A model generated the notes under the pieces. That model made no database searches and was not told the DNA's origin. It saw nothing but the letters and a program-made list of their open reading frames with translations. From the NCBI GenBank assembly GCA_000002445.1, contig CP000067.1, positions 960,001 through 1,024,000 of the forward strand: a stretch of 64,000 bases of DNA, given 5' to 3'. Shown piece after piece: positions 46,113-57,588 of the stretch. Numbering within the stretch: position 1 is the stretch's first letter; every line of letters starts with the position of its first letter. The position numbers and the translations under genes were made by a program. This stretch comes from Trypanosoma brucei (Eukaryota).

Positions 46113-47266
46113 GATTACTAAGCTGAAGTAACCTCAGGTGGTGAAGATATTTCCTATTAAGGACAGATAAGAGAAGAAAAGTAAAGCAAAAATAAGAGAT
46201 AATAATAAAGAAAAAGAAAAATAATAATCAGAAAAATAAGATAAATCACTCAAAAGCACACTGAACAAGCAAAAACAATTATAAAGCAATATATCACTAA
46301 AAACAAAAAAAATGAAAGATAAATTAAAAAAAAATTAACCTGCAAAAATAAACCATTCCTCCAAAGCTTTAACATCACCCACAAACATAACGACAAAGTT
46401 AAAAATCACATAGACATAAATAGTTCTTATGTAACAATTAACAGAGCAAAACATGATAAATTTCACACCCTCTCCAAAAAAGGAAAAAAAATTCGACAGA
46501 GCTCCACAAATTAGGTTGGAGGCCAACCTTACCATTTTCGTACCTGGCATACTGAAGGCAAATGGAAGAAAAGTATGAGGTGTTGACATATGCGGGATCG
46601 TAGTAAGCAACATCACACATAGGGGGAGGGAATGACTGAAAACGCAAACAAATACAAATGATGAAATACGAAGATACAAACCAAGCGGTGCTATTGCGCA
46701 CACGTGAGGGGCGTACAAGGATTTTCCTCATATTGGTTGCGTTGCTTCAGAATAATGGTATGGATGCAACAGTTAGCCACGGAAAAGGCACAATAGCATT
46801 TGCATTCGACACAGTAGAGAAAGGGGAGAGATGTGTACACATAAACCAATATAACAATAAGGGGAGAAAACATCGAACCGAGCAGTTGGTAAAAATGGTG
46901 ATAGGGTAGCGGTTGTAATATTGACATAATAAAACAGGCACTGCCACATTAAAAGATGTTTTTGAACAGAGTTGTGAGTCGGCAGGAGGTGCGTGCACAG
47001 TAATTAAATGCCGGGACCACAACATCCACACTACAGACAGTTATGAAGAGTAGACCATAACATGTGTTTAGTGAGGCAGGGGATAAACCAAAAAAGGATC
47101 TACAAGACATGATTAACATATTTGCAAGGGGGCCGAAACAAAAACATATAACAACGTTAACATGTGTGGTAAACGTAAATGGGAAAAGGAAAAATTACGA
47201 ACCTTTGCAACATACACCACCAACACATAGGGTAACACAAGCTTTCCACAGTTAAAGCGAAAACAA

Positions 47267-50200
47267 TTAATTCCCGTGAAGCTCACGCTCCAATCCATGA
47301 TTGGAAATTATAATGAGTGACGCACTCCTAAGTGTACTGACAGAGTGCTCACTGCCAACTGCTGCACAGTGATCGACCACTCGACCCACTTTCACTGCAA
47401 TACGCCGTATAACTCCTTCGCAATATTCCTCATTCCACGTGGCTTTCGATGACGGCGGGAGGCTCACCTGCCAGCGCTCGCATAAAGGCATCAATAGTTT
47501 CTGTCTTTGGGATAGAGGGACTGTACCGAAAACAGCGTGCAAACAGCTATCAATCATCTGCGAAGTTCCACTTAATACGCCACGTAAGGATCCCGTATCG
47601 CTGAAGGAAGTGCTTGACAGATCCCCGTCCTCGACAACCTCGTGGTCCAACCTCAGTGCTGCGAAGGACCGTCCGACTACAGCGTTTAGTTGGTACATTT
47701 CAACAGGCTCAGGGACGCCACGCAACGACATGGATCCAAGAGCTGTCACGTCAAGTTGCCCACGCTCTGAATTGCTTAGCGAAAGATATGCCGCGCGCGT
47801 CAGCAGCACCTGACCACCATTAGCCACACTTTCTGTTCGCGCTGCCATGTTTGATGTTCGCCCGTAGTAATCGTAGCCTTTTGTCACTTCGTCATGACGG
47901 ATATCGCAAAGACCAGTGTGGACCCCGACACGCACGCGCAACCCATTCCACAGTTGGCGATAAACCTCAGGATCCAACCGTGCGGACGGTGCCTTGTATT
48001 CGTTATCGTCATCTGCACGCTGCCTCTCAAACTCACGATACGAATCGTCGAATGCTGTGGTGCCCCACTCATGGCACAGGAAGCACCGCTGTAAGTCGGA
48101 CGCAAGCTGTGCAGCAGCAAAAGGTTTTTTACAAGCAATCATAAACGAGTCCCCAACAGTCTTTACCTCATAGCATCCGTACTGTACGATGAGTGAGCGG
48201 ATAAGACGGTGGTGTGTTGACACGGCATCAGGCATCAGCTCAGGGTGTGCTGCCCACTGCGCTGTGCTGCTCTCTATGTCAGTAAAGATTAGCGTTACGG
48301 GCTCCACCGGCTCCTTGGGAGCACTGTCATTGTCACGCGCACCACGGCGCAGAACATAGAGCACCACCACCAGAGGCGCAGCAAACAAAGCCAAGGCGAC
48401 GAGGGAACCAACAATAACTCCGGCAAGTTGTGCGGACGACAACTTAATGGCGTTAGGATCAGCGTAGCGTATCAATGGCGTGACGGGCGAGGTTAATGGC
48501 GGTACGGAGGCATTTAATGCACGTGCCAGTGACCACATGGAAATACGCGTTGCGCCATAGTTCACGACACACACCTCTCCTTGTTCAGGGACTGGGTCAT
48601 TGGCTGTGAAGCACTCCTTCTCCTCTTCCTCTTCAAAAGGACCGTACCGCATTTCATCCGCGGTAATGATAGATTGCATGTAGATGGTGTCAAGCAGCGT
48701 TTTGGGTGTCACATACTCCATGCGTGGGAGGACGGCTTGAGCAAACCGTGCAGCAGCGTACCCCAGCAACGGCAGCGGCTTCCATGCTGATGAGTCTGGC
48801 AATGCGGTATGAAATTCTCTTACGATCTCTGATGACGTATTGGCGTCTGCCCAGTGAGGTAAACTTGTCGCGAACTGCACACGCTCAGCGTTCGGGTTAC
48901 CATTGAATGCGCTGACCAGCTCATCATACATCAGGGCAACGTCGAAGAATGGGATGAGCACACGCACATCTGGGTTGCGATCCAGGTGCGCTGCGAGCAA
49001 GGAAGGGTCACCGGGGGCAAGACCAATAACAAACGCATTCCCACGGTTTGGCAGGCGCCCAACAAGGGTGGCATTGTCATCCAGCACAGCTACCGTTTGC
49101 AGTGTTCCGCCGTGCATCCAAACAATCTTCCGCAGTGCGACCTCAATGATGGTGGCATCAGCTCCACGTACGATGGCAGACATAGGGGCGCTGGCACTTG
49201 TGTTTGTCACGTAACCCACAACAACAAACAACTGCTGCTCGAGTGTGGGTGAAAGTTGAATCACGTTTTTGCCACGATGATGCAGGCGTGGTGTAAGCAT
49301 TACGGGGTCAACGAAGGCAACTTCGGCAATGGACAGCATCGCATCGTCAACGACACCAAACACAGCCGTCACACTCCTTGTGTCAAGCTGATGCTGCAAT
49401 GTTCTGGCACTTTCCGCTGAGGATGATGCCATTGAATGAAAGAACAGTTGTCGTGAAAGAACTGAATCCTTTTCGCTGATCGGTGAGTGCAGTGCCGCTG
49501 ACATCGACGCATATGTATCCACAGGTAGCGCCGTATCAAACAAAGTTAAGGACAGGATACTCATCGGTGATGGGATTCTCGGTTTGTTTATGTAACACTT
49601 TTTGGAATCAAAAATTGTTACTCCGCCGTTGACTGGAAATAATCTATAGCTACTACCAATAACGTTTATGTATACCACACTTCCTCCCTGATTACAGTTG
49701 CATGCTGCTCCTCGCTCACCGGCCCCACCTTTGCAGTCTCCACCAAAATCACCAATCACAAGGTCGTCAATAACATAACGGCGCTGGTTATACAGTGACT
49801 CCATGAATGCCTTCCTGCTTGTTAGCCACTCCCGACTACTTAGCGCCTGGGACAGCACTTCTCCCGCAATCCACCCATACACCATAAGCCTCCCATCCAC
49901 GTCGTCGTGGTCGAAGTTATCCGTGCCATTGAAAACAGTCACTCCAGGATTAGCGCTCAGGTACGACCTCATGTGATCCTGAAAGCGCCTGATTGCTTGG
50001 TATCGTATGTCTGCTGCTAGTGGATTTGTTCCAGTCAATATTACCTGTCCAAATTTCAAAGGCGCCCCTGCAGCTTCCAATGCCTCGCGCCACGCTCCTA
50101 CGATAGAAAACTCGAGTGCCGAAGGAGCCAGTACATAAGCGTCGCGTGTACGTTTGTCAGCTACCATCTTTTTCATAAACTGTATTGAATCTTTTCCAGG

Positions 50201-50965
50201 TGGTGCAAATAAAATTACGCCCTGAGGTTCTGTTAGAGCGAAATCGTTCCATAAGAAATCGAAATTGTGACTGCCATACAAACCTTCGTCGTCGATATTC
50301 TTTGTGAACACACCGCACAGCTCACGACCCATATGAGAGAACAGCTCTACTGCATGCTTATACTCACTATCACCAAAGGACGCGTTCTGAAGATACATAA
50401 ATCCAATCCGAAGCAGGCGCAGTTGGCTGACGGCGTGCCGCACCAATGCAATAAGCTCGGCAGTGGGTGACACGCGGATAAAATATATGTTGGGATTCCA
50501 TCCACGCACAATACTCGACCCTGTAGATGGAGCGAAGGCAACCAGATCTTCCCGCTTCAGCAATGGAAGTAATAACACCGTACGGCGGTCACTTAATGGT
50601 CCAAACACAACAAATAAACCCTTTTCTGTAGTAGCAACACGTTGTAAGGCATCAACTACTTCAACGTTGTTAGGGGGAGGCGGCACAACCTGCACCGTTA
50701 CATTGGGTGCCACAGTCCACTGGCGAGCGGCAAATGACGCATTGAGGCCGGCATTTATTGCTTCGACTAGTCTGTACTCAACGTAGGGACTATAAATGAA
50801 AGAGTAAACCTTCACCTTTATGTTTCCCTCTGAGTGCGCTGGAAGAACATTTGAGAACAGTAACAGTGCCATAACGGTGGAAAGGCGACAGTGCCACACA
50901 GCGTAGCCCGCGGATTTGCTCGCAGCAGGCGTGTGAGGACCATCAGTTTCACTGTGGTAAATCAT
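47267..50965 (-). CDS. GRESAG4: Receptor-type adenylate cyclase (GRESAG4-like), array copy 1
   Basis: 1232-aa ORF with the same architecture and catalytic motifs as the 13266..17090 gene. The probable start is the internal ATG at 50872 (MALLLFSNVLPAHSEG, signal-peptide-like). Confidence 0.9.
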   Translation of the reverse strand: MIYHSETDGPHTPAASKSAGYAVWHCRLSTVMALLLFSNVLPAHSEGNIKVKVYSFIYSPYVEYRLVEAINAGLNASFAARQWTVAPNVTVQVVPPPPNNVEVVDALQRVATTEKGLFVVFGPLSDRRTVLLLPLLKREDLVAFAPSTGSSIVRGWNPNIYFIRVSPTAELIALVRHAVSQLRLLRIGFMYLQNASFGDSEYKHAVELFSHMGRELCGVFTKNIDDEGLYGSHNFDFLWNDFALTEPQGVILFAPPGKDSIQFMKKMVADKRTRDAYVLAPSALEFSIVGAWREALEAAGAPLKFGQVILTGTNPLAADIRYQAIRRFQDHMRSYLSANPGVTVFNGTDNFDHDDVDGRLMVYGWIAGEVLSQALSSREWLTSRKAFMESLYNQRRYVIDDLVIGDFGGDCKGGAGERGAACNCNQGGSVVYINVIGSSYRLFPVNGGVTIFDSKKCYINKPRIPSPMSILSLTLFDTALPVDTYASMSAALHSPISEKDSVLSRQLFFHSMASSSAESARTLQHQLDTRSVTAVFGVVDDAMLSIAEVAFVDPVMLTPRLHHRGKNVIQLSPTLEQQLFVVVGYVTNTSASAPMSAIVRGADATIIEVALRKIVWMHGGTLQTVAVLDDNATLVGRLPNRGNAFVIGLAPGDPSLLAAHLDRNPDVRVLIPFFDVALMYDELVSAFNGNPNAERVQFATSLPHWADANTSSEIVREFHTALPDSSAWKPLPLLGYAAARFAQAVLPRMEYVTPKTLLDTIYMQSIITADEMRYGPFEEEEEKECFTANDPVPEQGEVCVVNYGATRISMWSLARALNASVPPLTSPVTPLIRYADPNAIKLSSAQLAGVIVGSLVALALFAAPLVVVLYVLRRGARDNDSAPKEPVEPVTLIFTDIESSTAQWAAHPELMPDAVSTHHRLIRSLIVQYGCYEVKTVGDSFMIACKKPFAAAQLASDLQRCFLCHEWGTTAFDDSYREFERQRADDDNEYKAPSARLDPEVYRQLWNGLRVRVGVHTGLCDIRHDEVTKGYDYYGRTSNMAARTESVANGGQVLLTRAAYLSLSNSERGQLDVTALGSMSLRGVPEPVEMYQLNAVVGRSFAALRLDHEVVEDGDLSSTSFSDTGSLRGVLSGTSQMIDSCLHAVFGTVPLSQRQKLLMPLCERWQVSLPPSSKATWNEEYCEGVIRRIAVKVGRVVDHCAAVGSEHSVSTLRSASLIIISNHGLERELHGN

Positions 50966-52427
50966 TGAATACGTGAAGGAAGCAATGAATGGCTTGCTTT
51001 AGGTGAGTGGCCGTATGTGTACGCGTGCTTGTTGTCTACAAAAGTTGTGTGGGAGGTGGGTGCAGTGCAAAGAAATTTGGTGGGATTATAAATGGCGGAC
51101 ACAACCTTCCACAACAGCATCAAAGAGAAGATTTGCGATTCACACTGTTATAGGTAGCAGCGTGACGAAAAACAGTAACAGCTGCAACAGATTGTGGTGT
51201 TAGGCCAGCACAGACTGCTACAGCACGACACAAGTGGGTGTAAAGCTGGCTTTCATTACATTGGCGCAACTCGAATAAACTCGACAGGGCAGCAACGAAT
51301 TCGGAACAGCTCCCTCGGAAATCACTAAAGGCAGTCACGTGATCAAGATCTGTCACGAAAAATGGCACGCCGCTGCCAGCCGGGGGATTATATACTTGGG
51401 TGCTGCCGATACACGCGTAATTCCTTCCACGCAGTAAATGATAAGATGGAGCAACGGCGACACCCGAATCGGAAGCCACACGCGGCGAAATAGGACAGAA
51501 TCGCATTCAGTCATAGGTCACAAGTATTGCGTTGTTCAGCCATGCGATTGCAAAAACGGTAGTATCCAAATTACATCGCATACAACATTCACTCAATCCA
51601 TATCGTGCACGAAGAACACAAAATGTGGGTACGAGCCATTACCACACGGCATCGACACGCAGGACTGGGTCATCGTTTGGAGGCCAACCTTACCATTTTC
51701 GTACCTGGCATACTGAAGGCAAATGGAAGAAAAGTATGAGGTGTTGACATATGCGGGATCGTAGTAAGCAACATCACACATAGGGGGAGGGAATGACTGA
51801 AAACGCAAACAAATACAAATGATGAAATACGAAGATACAAACCAAGCGGTGCTGTTGCGCACACGTGAGGGGCGTACAAGGATTTTCCTCATATTGGTTG
51901 CGTTGCTTCAGAATAATGGTATGGATGCAACAGTTAGCCACGGAAAAGGCACAATAGCATTTGCATTCGACACAGTAGAGAAAGGGGAGAGATGTGTACA
52001 CATAAACCAATATAACAATAAGGGGAGAAAACATCGAACCGAGCAGTTGGTAAAAATGGTGATAGGGTAGCGGTTGTAATATTGACATAATAAAACAGGC
52101 ACTGCCACATTAAAAGATGTTTTTGAACAGAGTTGTGAGTCGGCAGGAGGTGCGTGCACAGTAATTAAATGCCGGGACCACAACATCCACACTACAGACA
52201 GTTATGAAGAGTAGACCATAACATGTGTTTAGTGAGGCAGGGGATAAACCAAAAAAGGATCTACAAGACATGATTAACATATTTGCAAGGGGGCCGAAAC
52301 AAAAACATATAACAACGTTAACATGTGTGGTAAACGTAAATGGGAAAAGGAAAAATTACGAACCTTTGCAACATACACCACCAACACATAGGGTAACACA
52401 AGCTTTCCACAGTTAAAGCGAAAACAA

Positions 52428-55400
52428 TTAATTCCCGTGAAGCTCACGCTCCAATCCATGATTGGAAATTATAATGAGTGACGCACTCCCGAGTGTGCTG
52501 ACAGAGTGCTCACTGCCACTTGCTGCACAGTGATCCGCAACTCGACCCACTTTCACTGCAATACGCCGTATAACTCCTTCGCAATATTCCTCATTCCACG
52601 TGGCTTTCGATGACGGCGGGAGGCTCACCTGCCAGCGCTCGCATAAAGGCATCAATAGTTTCTGTCTTTGGGATAGAGGGACTGTACCGAAAACAGCGTG
52701 CAAACAGCTATCAATCATCTGCGAAGTTCCACTTAATACGCCGCGTAAGGATCCCGTATCGCTGAAGGAAGTGCTTGACAGATCCCCGTCCTCGCCAGAT
52801 TCGTGGTCCAACCTCAGTGCTGCGAAGGACCGTCCGACTACAGCGTTTAGTTGGTACATTTCAACAGGCTCAGGGACGCCACGCAACGACATGGATCCAA
52901 GAGCTGTCACGTCAAGTTGCCCACGCTCTGAATTGCTTAGCGAAAGATATGCCGCGCGCGTCAGCAGCACCTGACCACCATTAGCCACACTTTCTGTTCG
53001 CGCTGCCATGTTTGATGTTCGCCCGTAGTAATCGTAGCCTTTTGTCACTTCGTCATGACGGATATCGCAAAGACCAGTGTGGACCCCGACACGCACGCGC
53101 AACCCATTCCACAGTTGGCGATAAACCTCAGGATCCAACCGTGCGGACGGTGCCTTGTATTCGTTATCGTCATCTGCACGCTGCCTCTCAAACTCACGAT
53201 ACGAATCGTCGAATGCTGTGGTGCCCCACTCATGGCGCAGGAAGCACCGCTGTAAGTCGGACGCAAGCTGTGCAGCAGCAAAAGGTTTTTTACAAGCAAT
53301 CATAAACGAGTCCCCAACAGTCTTTACCTCATAGCATCCGTACTGTACGATGAGTGAGCGGATAAGACGGTGGTGTGTTGACACGGCATCAGGCATCAGC
53401 TCAGGGTGTGCTGCCCACTGCGCTGTGCTGCTCTCTATGTCAGTAAAGATTAGCGTTACGGGCTCCACCGGCTCCTTGGGAGCACTGTCATTGTCACGCG
53501 CACCACGGCGCAGAACATAGAGCACCACCACCAGAGGCGCAGCAAACAAAGCCAAGGCGACGAGGGAACCAACAATAACTCCGGCAAGTTGTGCGGACGA
53601 CAACTTAATGGCGTTAGGATCAGCGTAGCGTATCAATGGCGTGACGGGCGAGGTTAATGGCGGTACGGAGGCATTTAATGCACGTGCCAGTGACCACATG
53701 GAAATACGCGTTGCGCCATAGTTCACGACACACACCTCTCCTTGTTCAGGGACTGGGTCATTGGCTGTGAAGCACTCCTTCTCCTCTTCCTCTTCAAAAG
53801 GACCGTACCGCATTTCATCCGCGGTAATGATAGATTGCATGTAGATGGTGTCAAGCAGCGTTTTGGGTGTCACATACTCCATGCGTGGGAGGACGGCTTG
53901 AGCAAACCGTGCAGCAGCGTACCCCAGCAACGGCAGCGGCTTCCATGCTGATGAGTCTGGCAATGCGGTATGAAATTCTCTTACGATCTCTGATGACGTA
54001 TTGGCGTCTGCCCAGTGAGGTAAACTTGTCGCGAACTGCACACGCTCAGCGTTCGGGTTACCATTGAATGCGCTGACCAGCTCATCATACATCAGGGCAA
54101 CGTCGAGGAATGGGATGAGCACACGCACATCTGGGTTGCGATCCAGGTGCGCTGCGAGCAAGGAAGGATCACCGGGGGCAAGACCAATAACAAACGCATT
54201 CCCACGGTTTGGCAGGCGCCCAACAAGGGTGGCATTGTCATCCAGCACAGCTACCGTTTGCAGTGTTCCGCCGTGCATCCAAACAATCTTCCGCAGTGCG
54301 ACCTCAATGATGGTGGCATCAGCTCCACGTACGATGGCAGACATAGGGGCGCTGGCACTTGTGTTTGTCACGTAACCCACAACAACAAACAACTGCTGCT
54401 CGAGTGTGGGTGAAAGTTGAATCACGTTTTTGCCATGATGATGCAGGCGTGGTGTAAGCATTACGGGGTCAACGAAGGCAACTTCGGCAATGGACAGCAT
54501 CGCATCGTCAACGACACCAAACACAGCCGTCACACTCCTTGTGTCAAGCTGATGCTGCAATGTTCTGGCACTTTCCGCTGAGGATGATGCCATTGAATGA
54601 AAGAACAGTCGCCGTGAAAGGGCTGATTCTCTTCCCCTGGTGGAAGCGTACAGCGCCTCGGACATCGACGCATATGTATCCACAGGTAGCGCCGTATCAA
54701 ACAAAGTTAAGGACAGGATACTCATCGGTGATGGGATTCTCGGTTTGTTTATGTAACACTTTTTGGAATCAAAAATTGTTACTCCGCCGTTGACTGGAAA
54801 TAATCTATAGCCACTACCAATAACATTCATTAGTACCAGACTTCCTCCCTGATTACAGTTGCATGCTGCTCCCTGTTTAGCCGCCCCACCTTTGCAGTCT
54901 CCACCAAAATCACCAATCACAAGGTCGTCAATAACATAACGGCGCTGGTTATACAGTGACTCCATGAATGCCTTCCTGCTTGTTAGCCACTCCCGACTAC
55001 TTAGCGCCTGGGACAGCACTTCTCCCGCAATCCACCCATACACCATAAGCCTCCCATCCACGTCGTCGTGGTCGAAGTTATCCGTGCCATTGAAAACAGT
55101 CACTCCAGGATTAGCGCTCAGGTACGACCTCATGTGATCCTGAAAGCGCCTGATTGCTCGGTAGAGTGTGTTTTTTGCTAGTGGATTTGTTCCAGTCAAT
55201 ATTACCTGTCCAAACTTCAAAGGCGCCCCTGCAGCTTCCAATGCCTCGCGCCACGCTCCTACGATAGAAAACTCGAGTGTTGAATGAGCCAGTACGTAAG
55301 CGTCGCGTGTACGTTTGTCAGCCACTATTTTATTCAGAAACCTCATTGTGTCGTTGATTGGTGGTGCAACAGCGATTACGCCCTGAGGCCGCGTCTTCGC

Positions 55401-56126
55401 AAACGCTTCCCACGCCGCTTCGAAGGCTCTGTCGTCAGCAAAAGCTTCCATTGAGCTTTTTACAGTAAACACGCCGCACAGCTCACGACCCATATGAGAG
55501 AACAGCTCTACTGCATGCTTATACTCACTATCACCAAACGAAATGTCCCGAAGATACATAAATCCAATCCGAAGCAGGCGCAGTTGGCTGACAGCATACC
55601 GGACCAATGCAATAAGCTCGGCAGTGGGTGAAGCGCGGATAAAATATATGTTGGGATTCCATCCACGCACAATACTCGACCCTGTAGATGGAGCGAAGGC
55701 AACCAGATCTTCCCGCTTCAGCAATGGAAGTGCGTGTAATGTTTCAATATCGGTCAGTGGTCCAAACACAACAAATAAACCCTTTTCTGTAGTAGCAACA
55801 CGTTGTAAGGCATCAACTACTTCAACGTTGTTAGGGGGAGGCGGCACAACCTGCACCGTTACATTGGGTGCCACAGTCCACTGGCGAGCGGCAAATGACG
55901 CATTGAGGCCGGCATTTATTGCTTCAACTTGTCTGTACTCGAAGTAGGGACTATAAATGAAAGAGTAAACCTTCACCTTTATGTTTCCCTCTGAGTGCGC
56001 TGGAAGAACATTTGAGAACAGTAACAGTGCCATAACGGTGGAAAGGCGACAGTGCCACACAGCGGAGCCCGCGGATTTGCTCGCAGCAGGCGTGTGAGGA
56101 CCATCAGTTTCACTGTGGTAAATCAT
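52428..56126 (-). CDS. GRESAG4: Receptor-type adenylate cyclase (GRESAG4-like), array copy 2
   Basis: 1232 aa. The C-terminal 700 aa are near-identical to copy 1. The N-terminal domain differs in discrete patches. Confidence 0.9.
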   Translation of the reverse strand: MIYHSETDGPHTPAASKSAGSAVWHCRLSTVMALLLFSNVLPAHSEGNIKVKVYSFIYSPYFEYRQVEAINAGLNASFAARQWTVAPNVTVQVVPPPPNNVEVVDALQRVATTEKGLFVVFGPLTDIETLHALPLLKREDLVAFAPSTGSSIVRGWNPNIYFIRASPTAELIALVRYAVSQLRLLRIGFMYLRDISFGDSEYKHAVELFSHMGRELCGVFTVKSSMEAFADDRAFEAAWEAFAKTRPQGVIAVAPPINDTMRFLNKIVADKRTRDAYVLAHSTLEFSIVGAWREALEAAGAPLKFGQVILTGTNPLAKNTLYRAIRRFQDHMRSYLSANPGVTVFNGTDNFDHDDVDGRLMVYGWIAGEVLSQALSSREWLTSRKAFMESLYNQRRYVIDDLVIGDFGGDCKGGAAKQGAACNCNQGGSLVLMNVIGSGYRLFPVNGGVTIFDSKKCYINKPRIPSPMSILSLTLFDTALPVDTYASMSEALYASTRGRESALSRRLFFHSMASSSAESARTLQHQLDTRSVTAVFGVVDDAMLSIAEVAFVDPVMLTPRLHHHGKNVIQLSPTLEQQLFVVVGYVTNTSASAPMSAIVRGADATIIEVALRKIVWMHGGTLQTVAVLDDNATLVGRLPNRGNAFVIGLAPGDPSLLAAHLDRNPDVRVLIPFLDVALMYDELVSAFNGNPNAERVQFATSLPHWADANTSSEIVREFHTALPDSSAWKPLPLLGYAAARFAQAVLPRMEYVTPKTLLDTIYMQSIITADEMRYGPFEEEEEKECFTANDPVPEQGEVCVVNYGATRISMWSLARALNASVPPLTSPVTPLIRYADPNAIKLSSAQLAGVIVGSLVALALFAAPLVVVLYVLRRGARDNDSAPKEPVEPVTLIFTDIESSTAQWAAHPELMPDAVSTHHRLIRSLIVQYGCYEVKTVGDSFMIACKKPFAAAQLASDLQRCFLRHEWGTTAFDDSYREFERQRADDDNEYKAPSARLDPEVYRQLWNGLRVRVGVHTGLCDIRHDEVTKGYDYYGRTSNMAARTESVANGGQVLLTRAAYLSLSNSERGQLDVTALGSMSLRGVPEPVEMYQLNAVVGRSFAALRLDHESGEDGDLSSTSFSDTGSLRGVLSGTSQMIDSCLHAVFGTVPLSQRQKLLMPLCERWQVSLPPSSKATWNEEYCEGVIRRIAVKVGRVADHCAASGSEHSVSTLGSASLIIISNHGLERELHGN

Positions 56127-57588
56127 TGAATACGTGAAGGAAGCAATGAATGGCTTGCTTTAGGTGAGTGGCCGTATGTGTACGCGTGCTTGTTGTCTAC
56201 AAAAGTTGTGTGGGAGGTGGGTGCAGTGCAAAGAAATTTGGTGGGATTATAAATGGCGGACACAACCTTCCACAACAGCATCAAAGAGAAGATTTGCGAT
56301 TCACACTGTTATAGGTAGCAGCGTGACGAAAAACAGTAACAGCTGCAACAGATTGTGGTGTTAGGCCAGCACAGACTGCTACGGCACGACACAAGTGGGT
56401 GTAAAGCTGGCTTTCATTACATTGGCGCAACTCGAATAAACTCGACAGGGCAGCAACGAATTCGGAACAGCTCCCTCGGAAATCACTAAAGGCAGTCACG
56501 TGATCAAGATCTGTCACGAAAAATGGCACGCCGCTGCCAGCCGGGGGATTATATACTTGGGTGCTGCCGATACACGCGTAATTCCTTCCACGCAGTAAAT
56601 GATAAGATGGAGCAACGGCGACACCCGAATCGGAAGCCACACGCGGCGAAATAGGACAGAATCGCATTCAGTCATAGGTCACAAGTATTGCGTTGTTCAG
56701 CCATGCGATTGCAAAAACGGTAGTATCCAAATTACATCGCATACAACATTCACTCAATCCATATCGTGCACGAAGAACACAAAATGTGGGTACGAGCCAT
56801 TACCACACGGCATCGACACGCAGGACTGGGTCATCGTTTGGAGGCCAACCTTACCATTTTCGTACCTGGCATACTGAAGGCAAATGGAAGAAAAGTATGA
56901 GGTGTTGACATATGCGGGATCGTAGTAAGCAACATCACACATAGGGGGAGGGAATGACTGAAAACGCAAACAAATACAAATGATGAAATACGAAGATACA
57001 AACCAAGCGGTGCTGTTGCGCACACGTGAGGGGCGTACAAGGATTTTCCTCATATTGGTTGCGTTGCTTCAGAATAATGGTATGGATGCAACAGTTAGCC
57101 ACGGAAAAGGCACAATAGCATTTGCATTCGACACAGTAGAGAAAGGGGAGAGATGTGTACACATAAACCAATATAACAATAAGGGGAGAAAACATCGAAC
57201 CGAGCAGTTGGTAAAAATGGTGATAGGGTAGCGGTTGTAATATTGACATAATAAAACAGGCACTGCCACATTAAAAGATGTTTTTGAACAGAGTTGTGAG
57301 TCGGCAGGAGGTGCGTGCACAGTAATTAAATGCCGGGACCACAACATCCACACTACAGACAGTTATGAAGAGTAGACCATAACATGTGTTTAGTGAGGCA
57401 GGGGATAAACCAAAAAAGGATCTACAAGACATGATTAACATATTTGCAAGGGGGCCGAAACAAAAACATATAACAACGTTAACATGTGCGGTAAACGTAA
57501 ATGGGAAAAGGAAAAATTACGAACCTTTGCAACATACACCACCAACACATAGGGTAACACAAGCTTTCCACAGTTAAAGCGAAAACAA

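Noticed and set aside
47439-49252. Numerous 60-125-aa ORFs antisense to, or out of frame within, the adenylate cyclase genes (and their exact counterparts in every copy, e.g. 15143..15454, 52600..52974, 57761..58135)
   Set aside because: They are fully embedded in a strongly supported 1232-aa CDS and arise from its GC-rich codon usage. Their recurrence only reflects the gene duplication.
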